In this document: positions 45,214 to 55,662 of the stretch, piece by piece
Layout: each line of letters begins with the position of its first letter
How positions within the stretch are numbered: position 1 is the first letter of the stretch
DNA from: a bacterium
Lineage (GTDB): Bacteria; Patescibacteriota; Dojkabacteria; JAKAPS01; JAJZLI01
Assembly: GCA_021816845.1 (NCBI GenBank)
Contig: JAKAWT010000001.1
Span: 408,209-472,208 of the forward strand
Reading direction: 5' to 3'
DNA length: 64,000 nt
Notes under the pieces: generated by a model
Seen by the model: the letters and a program-made list of their open reading frames with translations, nothing else
Told to the model about the DNA's origin: nothing
The model's database searches: none
Translations under genes and position numbers: made by a program

Positions 45214-46242
45214 TTGTTGTATAATCTTCATATGAATAGAAAAAAAAGGATCCTTACAGGAGATAGACCAACCGGTAATCTTCACATAGGTCATTATGTG
45301 GGATCTTTAAAATCAAGGTTAGAATTTCAAAATGAATATGACACATTTGTATTGATTGCTGATGTACAAGCGTTAACAGATAATTTTAATACACCTTTGA
45401 AAGTAAGAGATAATATCTTAGAACTTTTAAAAGATTATTTGGCAGTTGGGCTCGATCCTAAAAAGGTAACTTTTGTGCTGCAGTCACAGATTCCACAGAT
45501 TGCGGAATTAACAATATTTTTTTCTAATCTTGTTAGTGTTGCAAGATTAATGAGGAACCCTACAGTTAAAAATGAACTTTATGATAAAAAAGATCTTTTT
45601 AAACATTCTATTCCATATGGATTTCTAGGATATCCAGTTAGCCAGGCAGCAGATATCTCTATTTTTAATGCAGATTTGGTACCTGTGGGTGATGATCAAG
45701 CTCCACATATTGAACAAACAATTGAAATAGTGAAGAAATTTAATAGTGTTTATGGAGATACATTAAAAGTACCTACATTGAAACTTGGTACAATCCCAAG
45801 ATTAGTTGGTATTGACGGGAAATCTAAAATGTCCAAAAGTATGAACAATACAATTAATTTTTCTGATACAACACAAGATATAAAAAGAAAAATAATGCAA
45901 ATGTATACCGATCCAAAAAGAATACATTCTACAGATCCAGGAGAGGTTAAAGGCAATCCTGTATTTATATACCATAATGCATTTAATCCTAATAAATCAG
46001 AAATTAAAGATTTAGAAAATAGATATAAGAAAGGCCAGGTTGGAGACATAGAAGTTAAGGAAAAATTATTTAATGCCATTGATGCATTTATTAGTCCTAT
46101 TCGAGAAAAAAGATTAGAACTTAATAATAAGGATAATTATTTATATGATATTCTAAAAGAGGGTACCTTAAGAGCAAGGGATGAAGCTCAAAATACTATG
46201 TCTAAAGTTCGAGAATCTATGAAGTTACTTAATTTTAATTAA
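45214..46242 (+). CDS. trpS: Tryptophanyl-tRNA synthetase
   Basis: Class I HIGH motif (TGNLHIGHYVG) and KMSKS; about 340 aa, typical of TrpRS. Confidence 0.9.
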   Translation: MLYNLHMNRKKRILTGDRPTGNLHIGHYVGSLKSRLEFQNEYDTFVLIADVQALTDNFNTPLKVRDNILELLKDYLAVGLDPKKVTFVLQSQIPQIAELTIFFSNLVSVARLMRNPTVKNELYDKKDLFKHSIPYGFLGYPVSQAADISIFNADLVPVGDDQAPHIEQTIEIVKKFNSVYGDTLKVPTLKLGTIPRLVGIDGKSKMSKSMNNTINFSDTTQDIKRKIMQMYTDPKRIHSTDPGEVKGNPVFIYHNAFNPNKSEIKDLENRYKKGQVGDIEVKEKLFNAIDAFISPIREKRLELNNKDNYLYDILKEGTLRARDEAQNTMSKVRESMKLLNFN

Positions 46243-46246
46243 TATT

Positions 46247-47485
46247 ATGAAAATTGATTTAAAACCACTAAAGGGATTTAGAGATTTTTATCCTGATGAT
46301 TACCTTAAAAGAGAAAATATACTGGATGTAATGCATGAAGTCTCAAGGAGTTTTGGATACCTTCCTTATGATGGACCAACGCTAGAAAGATCATCTATAT
46401 ATGAGATTAAATCAGGAGACAATATTGCTAGGGATGAATCATATACATTTCTTGATAGAGGAGAAAGAAGGGTATCACTAAGACCAGAAATGACACCAAC
46501 TTTAGCCCGTATGATGGCTGCAAAATCTTCAGATTTTAAAAAACCTATCAGGTTATATTCGATACCTCTTATATTTAGAAATGAGAATCCTCAAAAAGGT
46601 AGATCTAGAGAATCTATGCAGTACAATGCAGACATATTGGGGGAACCTTCTCTTATGGCTGAGATAGAAATTATAGATATTTTTATAACAATACTTGAAA
46701 AGCTAGGATTTGATAAAAAAGATTTTGAAATTAGAATCAATAATCGTGGTTTTATGGAAAATATTTTATCATCATATACTAATGATAGTAAAGCTCTTTT
46801 TGCTTTAATAGATAGGTACTTAAAATTACCTAAAAATGAATTTAAAGAAAATCTTAATAATTTATTAATAGATAAAAAAGATTTAAATAAGGTACTTGAT
46901 TTTTTAGAAAACAAAGATTATAGCAATGATGATACTATGGTCTCGTTATTTAGATTGGCAACTGATTTAGGTATAGGTGATATATTACATTATGATCCTA
47001 CTATGGTTAGAGGTTTTGATTATTATACTGGTATTGTATTCGAAATATGGGATAAAACATTACAATTTAAAAGAGCAATTGCTGGAGGTGGTAGGTATGA
47101 AAACTTAGTTTCTCTTTTTGGTGGAGAGAAATTAGAAGGTGTTGGAGCGGCATTTTCTGATGTTGTAATATTGGGATTACTGGATTTATTTAATAAAGAA
47201 GTTAAGATAGATACCAAAATTGATTACTTCATATCAACGTTTGAAGGGATTCCCATCTCTAAGTACAAATATATTGCAAATATTTTAAGAAATAAAGGGA
47301 AAAGTGTTATTGTAAATACTGCCACCTCGTGGTCTTTAACAAAACAGTTAGGTTTTGCATCAAGTATAAATGTATCAAGAGTCCTAATAATGGGGGATAA
47401 GGAAATAAATGATAAAAGTATTGTAGTGAGGGATTTACATAAGAACTTCCAAGAAGAGAAAAAATTAGATATTTTTTTAAAATAA
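46247..47485 (+). CDS. hisS: Histidyl-tRNA synthetase
   Basis: Class II core with N-terminus LKGFRDFYPDD (cf. GTRDFLP), motifs 2 and 3, and a C-terminal anticodon-binding domain. A HisZ paralog is not excluded, but HisS is more likely in a reduced genome. Confidence 0.75.
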   Translation: MKIDLKPLKGFRDFYPDDYLKRENILDVMHEVSRSFGYLPYDGPTLERSSIYEIKSGDNIARDESYTFLDRGERRVSLRPEMTPTLARMMAAKSSDFKKPIRLYSIPLIFRNENPQKGRSRESMQYNADILGEPSLMAEIEIIDIFITILEKLGFDKKDFEIRINNRGFMENILSSYTNDSKALFALIDRYLKLPKNEFKENLNNLLIDKKDLNKVLDFLENKDYSNDDTMVSLFRLATDLGIGDILHYDPTMVRGFDYYTGIVFEIWDKTLQFKRAIAGGGRYENLVSLFGGEKLEGVGAAFSDVVILGLLDLFNKEVKIDTKIDYFISTFEGIPISKYKYIANILRNKGKSVIVNTATSWSLTKQLGFASSINVSRVLIMGDKEINDKSIVVRDLHKNFQEEKKLDIFLK

Positions 47486-47488
47486 ATA

Positions 47489-49009
47489 ATGGGGAGAGAG
47501 ATACTGTACCAAAAATATAGACCTAGAAAATTTAAAGATATAATAGGTCAAGATCATATAGTCAAAGTGCTCCAAAATGAAGTATTAAAAAATAATATAG
47601 CTAATGGATATCTATTTTTTGGTCCTCGTGGTCTAGGCAAAACCTCTATTGCAAGAATATTTGCGAACGCTATAAATTGTAGTAATCCTCAAAACGGAGA
47701 AATCTGTGGAGAATGTAGTGAATGTATGGCTATACAAGAGGGATCATTTATAGATCTTATAGAAATTGATGCAGCTTCTAACAGGGGGATTGACGATATA
47801 AGGGATATAAGAAATAGGACTTATTTCACCCCAGTTATGGGTAGGTTTAAAGTATATATAATAGATGAAGTTCATATGCTTACCCCTGAAGCTTTTAATG
47901 GGCTTTTGAAAATATTAGAAGAGCCTCCTTCTAGTGTTGTATTTATTTTAGCAACTACAGAAGTTCATAAAGTACCTAAAACCATAGTGTCAAGATGCCA
48001 AAGATTTGATTTTAATCCTGCAAGTAGAGAAGATATTCTAAAACAACTGAACTATATAATAAAGGAAGAAAATTTAAGAATAAAGGATGAAATTAGAGAT
48101 TTGATAGTTGCAAAATCAGAGGGTAGTTTTAGGGATTCTCTAACTAATATGCAGAAAATCATTAATGTTAGAGATGATATGCCGTATGAAGAAGCACTTA
48201 GTATATTGGGCGTGTCAGGAGAGAGAGAAATTCTAGATCTATGGAATAATATATTTGAGGGTAATATAGACTCAGAGATAGAGAGGATAGAGAAAAGTTC
48301 TATAAATATAGCTACTTTCATAAAAGATTCATTGGATATTTTTAGAAAAGTTCTGATTTATAAAGTTACTAAAGAGGATAATGATATCTCAGGATTAAAT
48401 GTTTCGAATTATTCAGCTGGTGATATAGTAAATATTATCAATATACTTATAAAAGCTTTAGACAATCTTCGAATTTCTTCTTTACCTATATTATCCTTAG
48501 AAATTGCTCTTGTAGAGGTTATTAATGCCTTAAAGATCAATAATTCTACTAGAGTACAATCAAAGCCCATTGATGAGTCTGTAGATAAACCATTGATGTC
48601 TAAGCAAGACAGAAGGAAAAAAAATCATATAGATGATGTAGAAGGTCAAGATGAAAACTTAGAAGAAGTAATAAAGTCAAGATGGATAGATATAATAGAA
48701 GGCACTAAATCCTTTAATCATCATATGAGTGGTTTTTTATCGAGATCTTCTTTTGAGATTAATAAAAATAATTTTACAATTATTGTGCCATTCCAGTTTT
48801 ATAAAGATATGCTAATGGTTGAGAAAAGTAGGGAACATATGGTAAATATTTTGAAAAATATGTTTAATATTAACTTCAAAATTAATGTCAAAGTTCAGAA
48901 AGATGTTACTCCAATATTATCACCATTAAATGATTCATCACTTAATGGTACAGAGGAGACTGTTATAAGTGAAAGTGATCTTAAAGATGTTTTCGATATA
49001 GAAGACTAA
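47489..49009 (+). CDS. dnaX: DNA polymerase III subunit gamma/tau
   Basis: AAA+ Walker A GPRGLGKTSIA, zinc module CxxCxxC, SRC motif (VSRCQRF). Confidence 0.9.
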   Translation: MGREILYQKYRPRKFKDIIGQDHIVKVLQNEVLKNNIANGYLFFGPRGLGKTSIARIFANAINCSNPQNGEICGECSECMAIQEGSFIDLIEIDAASNRGIDDIRDIRNRTYFTPVMGRFKVYIIDEVHMLTPEAFNGLLKILEEPPSSVVFILATTEVHKVPKTIVSRCQRFDFNPASREDILKQLNYIIKEENLRIKDEIRDLIVAKSEGSFRDSLTNMQKIINVRDDMPYEEALSILGVSGEREILDLWNNIFEGNIDSEIERIEKSSINIATFIKDSLDIFRKVLIYKVTKEDNDISGLNVSNYSAGDIVNIINILIKALDNLRISSLPILSLEIALVEVINALKINNSTRVQSKPIDESVDKPLMSKQDRRKKNHIDDVEGQDENLEEVIKSRWIDIIEGTKSFNHHMSGFLSRSSFEINKNNFTIIVPFQFYKDMLMVEKSREHMVNILKNMFNINFKINVKVQKDVTPILSPLNDSSLNGTEETVISESDLKDVFDIED

Positions 49010-49114
49010 AAATCCGATAAAAATACTATTAATATTCAACTTTTTATATTTTTAATATATACAAATATATGTTAATATCATAAATATTATATTTATTTTA
49101 TTGGAGGAATAATT

Positions 49115-49420
49115 ATGGCTAATCCTTTTTCACAAGCTAGAGATTTAATGAAGCTTCAAGGTGAGGTTAAGAAGATGCAGAAGGAAATGGAAGGTAAAAA
49201 ATTTATGGGTGAATCTAATAAAGGTTTTGTTAAGATTTATCTTAATGGTACAGGGGAGATTATAGATATAGTTATAGATGACATACTTATTGGTATGGAG
49301 AGAAAAATGGATCTTATATCTCATATAAAAGATGCTTATAAAGATGCTCAAAAGAAAATGTCTAAAGATATGGCAAAAGATATGGACCTATCAAAACTAA
49401 AGAATTTTATGGGTGTTTGA
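49115..49420 (+). CDS. ybaB: Nucleoid-associated protein YbaB/EbfC
   Basis: About 100 aa, with N-terminal MKLQGEVKKMQKE and a central GESNKGFVKIYLNGTGEIIDI block; classical dnaX-ybaB-recR context. Confidence 0.85.
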   Translation: MANPFSQARDLMKLQGEVKKMQKEMEGKKFMGESNKGFVKIYLNGTGEIIDIVIDDILIGMERKMDLISHIKDAYKDAQKKMSKDMAKDMDLSKLKNFMGV

Positions 49421-49423
49421 ATT

Positions 49424-50038
49424 ATGGATCAAGATCCTATTTTATCATTACAAAAAGAATTTGAAAAGATGCCAAGTATTGGAGCAAAGTCAGCTTTGAG
49501 AATGGTGTATTTTTATATATATAATAAAAATAATATTCCTTTCTTAGAGAAGGCCTTAAACGATGTTTATCTTAATATAGAAAATTGCAATATTTGTCAT
49601 ATGATTACACATAAAGATAAGAATCCTTGTGTTTATTGTTCTGATTCGAAACGTAATAAATACCAAATCTGTGTTGTAGAGAATACTACTGATTTATTAT
49701 CAATAGAAAAATCTAATTCATACAAAGGACTGTATCATGTCCTTGGGGGGGTAATATCGCCTTTAAGTAATATCAAAGAAGAAGATTTATATATTAAAGA
49801 TCTTTTAAGGAGAGTAAAATCGATCAATGAAGAAGATAGTATAGAAATAATACTTGCAACAAATTTTACTGTTGAGGGTGATGCTACAGCTACATATATA
49901 AAGAATTTATTGAAAGATATACACAACGTACACTTTACTAGACTAGCATCTGGTTTACCAGCAGGTTCTGATTTAGAATACGTTGATTCATATACAATAG
50001 GTAGAGCTATTGATAAAAGAAGTGATTATGGTATTTAA
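49424..50038 (+). CDS. recR: Recombination protein RecR
   Basis: HhH N-terminus (LPSIGAKSALR), C4 zinc finger CNICHMITHKDKNPCVYC, Toprim domain. Confidence 0.9.
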   Translation: MDQDPILSLQKEFEKMPSIGAKSALRMVYFYIYNKNNIPFLEKALNDVYLNIENCNICHMITHKDKNPCVYCSDSKRNKYQICVVENTTDLLSIEKSNSYKGLYHVLGGVISPLSNIKEEDLYIKDLLRRVKSINEEDSIEIILATNFTVEGDATATYIKNLLKDIHNVHFTRLASGLPAGSDLEYVDSYTIGRAIDKRSDYGI

Positions 50039-51413
50039 GCTTAAAGATACACAAACTGGATTGCATGAATTAAATCCCATCAAAGATAATACATTAAAAA
50101 TATATACTTGTGGACCTACAGTATATAATTATATTTCCATAGGTAATTTAAGGACATATATAGCATCTGATGTATTAAAAAAGTGTTTATTATATGTTGG
50201 TTACAAGATAGAAGATGTTATGAATATTACAGATGTAGGACACCTTGTCACTGATTCTGATACAGGTGAAGATAAACTTGATAAAAAGGCTAGATCAGAA
50301 GGTAAAAGTGCATATGAGATAGCAGACTTCTATACAAAATATTTTTATTCCTCAATAGATAAAGTAAATGTTAGGTTGCCACAAGTAATATCTAAGGCAA
50401 CAGATAACATAGATAAACAAATAGAAATAATCCAAATACTTGATAAAAAAGGCTTGGTATATAAAACAGATACTGGTGTTTATTTCGATGTATCAAAAAT
50501 AAAGGATTATGAAAAATTATTAGGACAAGATATAGATAAACAGAAGATAGCTTCTAGAGAAGATGTAAAAATAGATACTACAAAGAAGAATCAGGCAGAT
50601 TTTAGGTTATGGCAAACTGAGTATCCTAATCATGAAATGCAGTGGGACAGCCCTTGGGGAAGAGGATTCCCTGGGTGGCATATTGAGTGTGCAGCTATTG
50701 TGAATAAATTTCTTGGTAATCATATTGATATACATACTGGGGGGTATGACTTAATTTTCCCCCATCATTTTAATGAGAAACTTATCTCTGAGTCTGCATT
50801 TGATAGTAAATTTGTAAATTTCTGGGTACATTCTGGATTGCTTCTTGTTGAAGGTGAGAAGATGTCTAAGAGTTTAGAAAATATATATACCATTGAAGAT
50901 ATAGAAAGTAAAGGTTTTGATCCTTTATCATTAAGGTACCTATTCCTTACATCTCATTATTCTACAAAATTGAATTTTACATTTTCATCTCTTCAATCAG
51001 CTCAAAATGCTTTATTTAGAATATATAATTTTATTAAGCTAAATAAATCTTTGTTTGATAAAGATAAAAAGGTAAGCTTAGAATACAAAAATAAATTTGA
51101 AGAAAAAATTAAAAATAATGTCGACTCTCCTGGTATGATTGATGTATTGTGGCAGGTTATAAAAGATAAGAATTTGGATACTTCTTCAAAAATTACTACT
51201 ATACTTGATTTTGACAGGGTGTTATCTTTAGATTTGCATAAATATCTCCTGACTGAAGAAGTACCTGAAGATATTAGTAATATGTTATTAGAAAGAAAAG
51301 AATATAGAGATAATAAAGAGTGGAATGAGGCTGATAACTTACGCATAAAAATTGAAGATAGAGGATATATTGTTATAGACTTAAAAGATAATACTTTTGT
51401 AATTGAAAAATAG
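50028..51413 (+). CDS. cysS: Cysteinyl-tRNA synthetase
   Basis: IYTCGPTVYNYISIGN (HIGH region), KMSKS (KMSKSLEN), zinc-binding Cys/His. The track ORF starts at 50010; the more likely start is MVFKLK at 50028, overlapping the recR end. Confidence 0.85.
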   Translation: MVFKLKDTQTGLHELNPIKDNTLKIYTCGPTVYNYISIGNLRTYIASDVLKKCLLYVGYKIEDVMNITDVGHLVTDSDTGEDKLDKKARSEGKSAYEIADFYTKYFYSSIDKVNVRLPQVISKATDNIDKQIEIIQILDKKGLVYKTDTGVYFDVSKIKDYEKLLGQDIDKQKIASREDVKIDTTKKNQADFRLWQTEYPNHEMQWDSPWGRGFPGWHIECAAIVNKFLGNHIDIHTGGYDLIFPHHFNEKLISESAFDSKFVNFWVHSGLLLVEGEKMSKSLENIYTIEDIESKGFDPLSLRYLFLTSHYSTKLNFTFSSLQSAQNALFRIYNFIKLNKSLFDKDKKVSLEYKNKFEEKIKNNVDSPGMIDVLWQVIKDKNLDTSSKITTILDFDRVLSLDLHKYLLTEEVPEDISNMLLERKEYRDNKEWNEADNLRIKIEDRGYIVIDLKDNTFVIEK

Positions 51414-52757
51414 ATGATAGATATTCATAGAAATATTTCTAAAGATGCATTAAAAATTTCGGATATACTCTCTAAAAATGGGTATCAAGCTTATCTTGTC
51501 GGTGGATCTATAAGAGATATATTAATGAATAAAAATGACTTACACGATTATGATATAGCCACAGATGCAACTCCTGATGATTTAAAAAGAATTTTTAAGG
51601 ATGCTATAGCTTTTGGAGAAAAATTTGGCACAATACTTGTAATTTATAAAGGTTTTAACTTTGAAATTACTACTTTTAGGACTGAATCTGATTATAAAGA
51701 TCAAAGACACCCAGAAAAAGTTGTATTCATAAAAGATATTAAAGAAGATTTGAAGAGAAGAGATTTTACTATGAATGCAATTGCTTTTAATATGCAATCA
51801 AATGATCTTATTGACATTTTTGGTGGGCAAAAAGATATAAAGAATAAAATTATTAGATGTGTAGGGGATCCTGATTTAAGATTTAATGAAGATCCTTTAC
51901 GTCTTATTAGGGCTGTAAGGTTTTATGTACAACTTCATTTTGATATTGAGGAAGATACCTATAAATCAATTAAAAATAATGCTTCTAAAATAGTGACTGT
52001 ATCTAAGGAAAGGATTCGTGATGAGTTTATGAGAATGCTTTCATTTGATAAACCAAGTAGAGGTATAGAACTACTTCGTGATACTGGATTACTAGATTAT
52101 ATATTTCCTGAGATTAACCTTTGTTATGGGGTTGAACAGAATAAATTTCATTCATTAGATGTATATCATCATATATTACTATCAATGGATATGGCTGACA
52201 AAAGAATTAGATTAGCTGCTTTACTCCATGATATAGGCAAACCTCAAACTAAAAATGGTGAGCATTTTTTTGGTCACGAAAAAATTGGTGCAGAAATGGC
52301 TGATAAGATGTTGAGAAGATTAAAATTTCCTAAAAAAGATATATCTCTTATATCCAAACTTATATATTTACATCTTTTTAATTATGAGGATAAATGGACA
52401 GATTCTGCAATAAGGAGATTTTTAAGAAGGGTTGAAAATGATGAAACCTTGGAACTCTTATTTTTACTCAGAGAAGCTGATGAACATGGTAATCCAATAT
52501 CTCAATATGACTTTACAAATTTAGATAAACTAAAAAAAAGAATATCTAAAGTTAGAGATAAGGATGGATATTTATCATTGAAGGATTTAAAATTAAATGG
52601 TGATGATTTGATAAAAATAGGTTATAGCAAGGGCATAGATATAGGTAAGGAACTACAGACTATACTTATGAAAGTTATTGAGAATCCAAATATAAATAAT
52701 AGAGAGAAGCTTCTAAAAATGGCTAAAGATGATTTTATTAAATTAAAAACAATATGA
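51414..52757 (+). CDS. cca: CCA-adding tRNA nucleotidyltransferase with C-terminal HD domain
   Basis: PolyA polymerase head domain (GGSIRDILMNK...DYDIAT) and HD motif (HDIGKP). Confidence 0.85.
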   Translation: MIDIHRNISKDALKISDILSKNGYQAYLVGGSIRDILMNKNDLHDYDIATDATPDDLKRIFKDAIAFGEKFGTILVIYKGFNFEITTFRTESDYKDQRHPEKVVFIKDIKEDLKRRDFTMNAIAFNMQSNDLIDIFGGQKDIKNKIIRCVGDPDLRFNEDPLRLIRAVRFYVQLHFDIEEDTYKSIKNNASKIVTVSKERIRDEFMRMLSFDKPSRGIELLRDTGLLDYIFPEINLCYGVEQNKFHSLDVYHHILLSMDMADKRIRLAALLHDIGKPQTKNGEHFFGHEKIGAEMADKMLRRLKFPKKDISLISKLIYLHLFNYEDKWTDSAIRRFLRRVENDETLELLFLLREADEHGNPISQYDFTNLDKLKKRISKVRDKDGYLSLKDLKLNGDDLIKIGYSKGIDIGKELQTILMKVIENPNINNREKLLKMAKDDFIKLKTI

Positions 52758-54043
52758 TTAATGTTCAGCCATTTTATGATCCTGAAGATAATATATCTTG
52801 TATATATATAAAATCTCAGAAATACAATATTCTTATAAATTGCGGTGTCATATATCCCAATATGCCATTTAAAAAGTTTCCATTTGATCCAAAGCTAATA
52901 GATTTCCTCTTTCTATCTAGCGCTGATATACAGGATACAGGCTTAATTCCCAGATTTGTAAAAGATGGATTTGATGGAGAAATATATTCCACCAAAGAGA
53001 CATTAGAATTATATGATAATATAATTAAGAATGCTGCCTTAATAGAGAAAGAAAATATTTCAGAAAATAAGCACTATACGTTGTATGATAATGTGTCAAT
53101 AAATAAATCACTCTCTATGTTTAATTTTTTAGATAAAAAATCAGGAGTAATTTATGATGATTTAGTTCTACAAATATTTTTTTCTGGACATATGCCAGGT
53201 TCTATTTCTATTAAATTAATGATTGAAGGTAAAAATTTGATTATATTGGGTAATCTATATTCTAATAATAAAAATATATATAAGAAAGACAGTATAAAAA
53301 TTAATAAAGGAGACACTGTTATTATTCAATGTTATAGTATGAATGATAAGTATGACCGTGAGGATGATATAATAAAATTTGATACTATATTGGGTAAAAC
53401 AATATCATCTGGAGGAAATATACTATTTCCTGTTTTTTCCCCTATAGCTATTTTTAATATACTTTCTCAGTTGGATAAATTCTTTAAGTCTAAAGATATA
53501 AGTAATATTCCAGTCTTTATAGATGGTTTATTTTTTGATAAATTTATCAAATTTCTAAATACTCATAAATATAAATATGATTTATCTGTAGATAATATTA
53601 ATTATATAGATAACATATCAAAATCCTTTAGGTTAGTACAGAAATCTTTATCAAAAATAGATAAAAGAAGAACCCTTCAGTCACAAATAATAATATCTTC
53701 AGGGGAACGTATGATCAATTATTTAAAAAAGAATATTGTATTTAAAAAAAATGCTATAATCTTAACAGAAAAAGCACTTAAAGATACTTTAGAATATAAA
53801 ACAAAAAACCATACTAACATATTATATAAAAATAAAATTTATAAAATAAGAGCTGGTATTGCTGAATGTTTAAGTTTTTCTGGATATACTTCCTATGATG
53901 ATATAATATCCTTACTGGGAGATAAAAGTACAGATATAAATATTATTGAGGTTGGTGGATCAAATTATTTATTAGAGCGTCTTGGTTACCCAAATATTTT
54001 GATAAAAAAAATATTGTCTAGTGAAACATATATTTTAAATTAA
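52754..54043 (+). CDS. MBL-fold/beta-CASP-like protein with degenerate metal-binding motif (predicted non-catalytic)
   Basis: The N-terminal beta-strand/loop pattern resembles the metallo-beta-lactamase fold. The position expected for HxHxDH reads LSSADIQDTG. A later SGHMPGS block resembles MBL motif 3. Assignment is by pattern only. Confidence 0.35.
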   Translation: MINVQPFYDPEDNISCIYIKSQKYNILINCGVIYPNMPFKKFPFDPKLIDFLFLSSADIQDTGLIPRFVKDGFDGEIYSTKETLELYDNIIKNAALIEKENISENKHYTLYDNVSINKSLSMFNFLDKKSGVIYDDLVLQIFFSGHMPGSISIKLMIEGKNLIILGNLYSNNKNIYKKDSIKINKGDTVIIQCYSMNDKYDREDDIIKFDTILGKTISSGGNILFPVFSPIAIFNILSQLDKFFKSKDISNIPVFIDGLFFDKFIKFLNTHKYKYDLSVDNINYIDNISKSFRLVQKSLSKIDKRRTLQSQIIISSGERMINYLKKNIVFKKNAIILTEKALKDTLEYKTKNHTNILYKNKIYKIRAGIAECLSFSGYTSYDDIISLLGDKSTDINIIEVGGSNYLLERLGYPNILIKKILSSETYILN

Positions 54044-54049
54044 AACTTT

Positions 54050-55093
54050 ATGTCTTTAAGAATAGGTATAGTAGGCCTTCCAAATGTCGGAAAATCAACA
54101 TTATTTAATGCTCTGACAGAAAATTCAGTGCCTGCAGAAAATTTTCCATTTTGTACTATTGATCCTAATATAGGGGTTATTAATGTTTATGATGAAAGGC
54201 TATATAAAATAAATGAAATAACTAAATCAAATAAAATTGTTAATGCTACTGCTACTTTTGTTGATATAGCTGGGATAGTAAAAGGGGCGCACGAAGGTGA
54301 AGGTTTAGGTAACCAATTTTTATCACATATTGGAGAAGTGGATCTTATACTCGAGGTTGTGAGAGATTTTAAAGATGATAATATCATACACGTAGAGAAT
54401 GGTATTGACCCTGTAAGGGATATAGAAATTATAAGATATGAATTCTTATGTAAAGATATTGAAAAAGTTCAATCTCTCAGATTTAGATTTGAGAAGGCAA
54501 TGAAGAAAGATCCTTCAAATAGTAAGTATATTGAAGTATTTAATATTATTATAGATAATTTTGATAAAGGTATTATGCTAACAGAGATGAATCTTAGAGA
54601 TGATCAAAAAGATTTAATAAAGGAATTTAACTTCCTTACAAATAAACCTTTTTTAATGTTATATAATATTGAAGAGTATAAGGCTTATTATAAAGATAAT
54701 AATATTTATCTAAACATACTTTTCGAGTATGAATTGTCTAAGATGGATAAACTTGATAGGGATAAATTTTTATCTGACATTGGTATTTCATTATCAGGAG
54801 TAGATTTATTATCAAATATTGCATTTGAAAAACTTGGGCTACAAACATTTTTTACTGAAGGTGAAAAAGAAGTAAGGGCTTGGAGTGTAACTAGAGGAAC
54901 AAATGCTATTAATGCTGCTGGGGTAATCCATACTGATTTTACAAAAAATTTTATAAAAATGGAGGTTGTTTCATTTGATGATTTTATCAAATATAAAGGT
55001 TGGGTTGGGGCCAAAGAAAATGGCTGTTTAAAAATAGTTGGTGCCGACTATATTCTTCAGGATGGAGACATTGTGATTGTAAAACATTCATAA
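54050..55093 (+). CDS. ychF: Ribosome-binding ATPase/GTPase YchF
   Basis: G1 GIVGLPNVGKST, Obg-family G-domain, C-terminal TGS-like domain. Confidence 0.9.
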   Translation: MSLRIGIVGLPNVGKSTLFNALTENSVPAENFPFCTIDPNIGVINVYDERLYKINEITKSNKIVNATATFVDIAGIVKGAHEGEGLGNQFLSHIGEVDLILEVVRDFKDDNIIHVENGIDPVRDIEIIRYEFLCKDIEKVQSLRFRFEKAMKKDPSNSKYIEVFNIIIDNFDKGIMLTEMNLRDDQKDLIKEFNFLTNKPFLMLYNIEEYKAYYKDNNIYLNILFEYELSKMDKLDRDKFLSDIGISLSGVDLLSNIAFEKLGLQTFFTEGEKEVRAWSVTRGTNAINAAGVIHTDFTKNFIKMEVVSFDDFIKYKGWVGAKENGCLKIVGADYILQDGDIVIVKHS

Positions 55094-55182
55094 ATTATAG
55101 TTAGGAAAGTGCTGTATATATGGAACAATTTATGTATTAATTAGATCTTAATAATAAATTGTAATTATTCAATAATAAATAA

Positions 55183-55591
55183 TATATGGTGGAGATGGTG
55201 GGGATCGAACCCACATCCAATGAAGTTATTATATATATGGAATTACAAGTTTACCAATTTAAAATTTTAAAGATAATTATTCAAAAATTAGCAAACAATA
55301 ATTACCCTGATACTGTTCTTAATGTCATACTAAATCGTAGGTATCATAATTTAATATCTAGCTTATCTTTGTTTAAACAAAATAATAAACTCAAGCAGGT
55401 TTACTATTTCATCCTAAATGTACTGTTTAGGCAACATTTAGATAGAAAGCAGGTTTTGCAAATATAGAGTTAACTACTGTGCTAACCTTACTTTTTATAT
55501 TGTTTACATTTGTGTTTTTAGAAATTTTTTAAAAGATTTCTAAATCTTTACTTGCCATTTATATAACAGAATTCCTTGTCAAGACCGATCA
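55183..55591 (-). ncRNA. ssrA: tmRNA (transfer-messenger RNA, SsrA), about 409 nt with encoded CCA
   Basis: Read by hand on the minus strand. 5' end GGGGATG pairs with the 3' acceptor strand CATCTCC and includes a G3:U70 pair, the alanine identity element. T-arm GTGGG-TTCGATC-CCCAC followed by ACCA. Internal reading frame GCA AAA CCT GCT TTC TAT CTA AAT GTT GCC TAA gives the tag AKPAFYLNVA. The stop codon sits in the loop of a hairpin CTAAATGT...ACATTTAG, as in helix 5 of tmRNAs. Confidence 0.8.
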
Positions 55592-55662
55592 TCCCCATAT
55601 TTATTTATAATTAAAGAACACAACTTTTAATTTTACCATATTTATGTTAATCTTTCAATAAT

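Noticed and set aside
55186-55467. 93-aa plus-strand ORF
   Set aside because: It lies antisense to, and wholly within, the tmRNA gene identified on the minus strand.
55183-55591. Alternative reading of the tmRNA locus as a tRNA gene interrupted by a group I intron
   Set aside because: The intervening sequence carries a short Ala-initiated frame ending in a hairpin-loop stop codon, and the acceptor has the G3:U70 Ala determinant. There is no recognisable anticodon arm, nor group I P/Q/R/S elements. tmRNA explains all the features.
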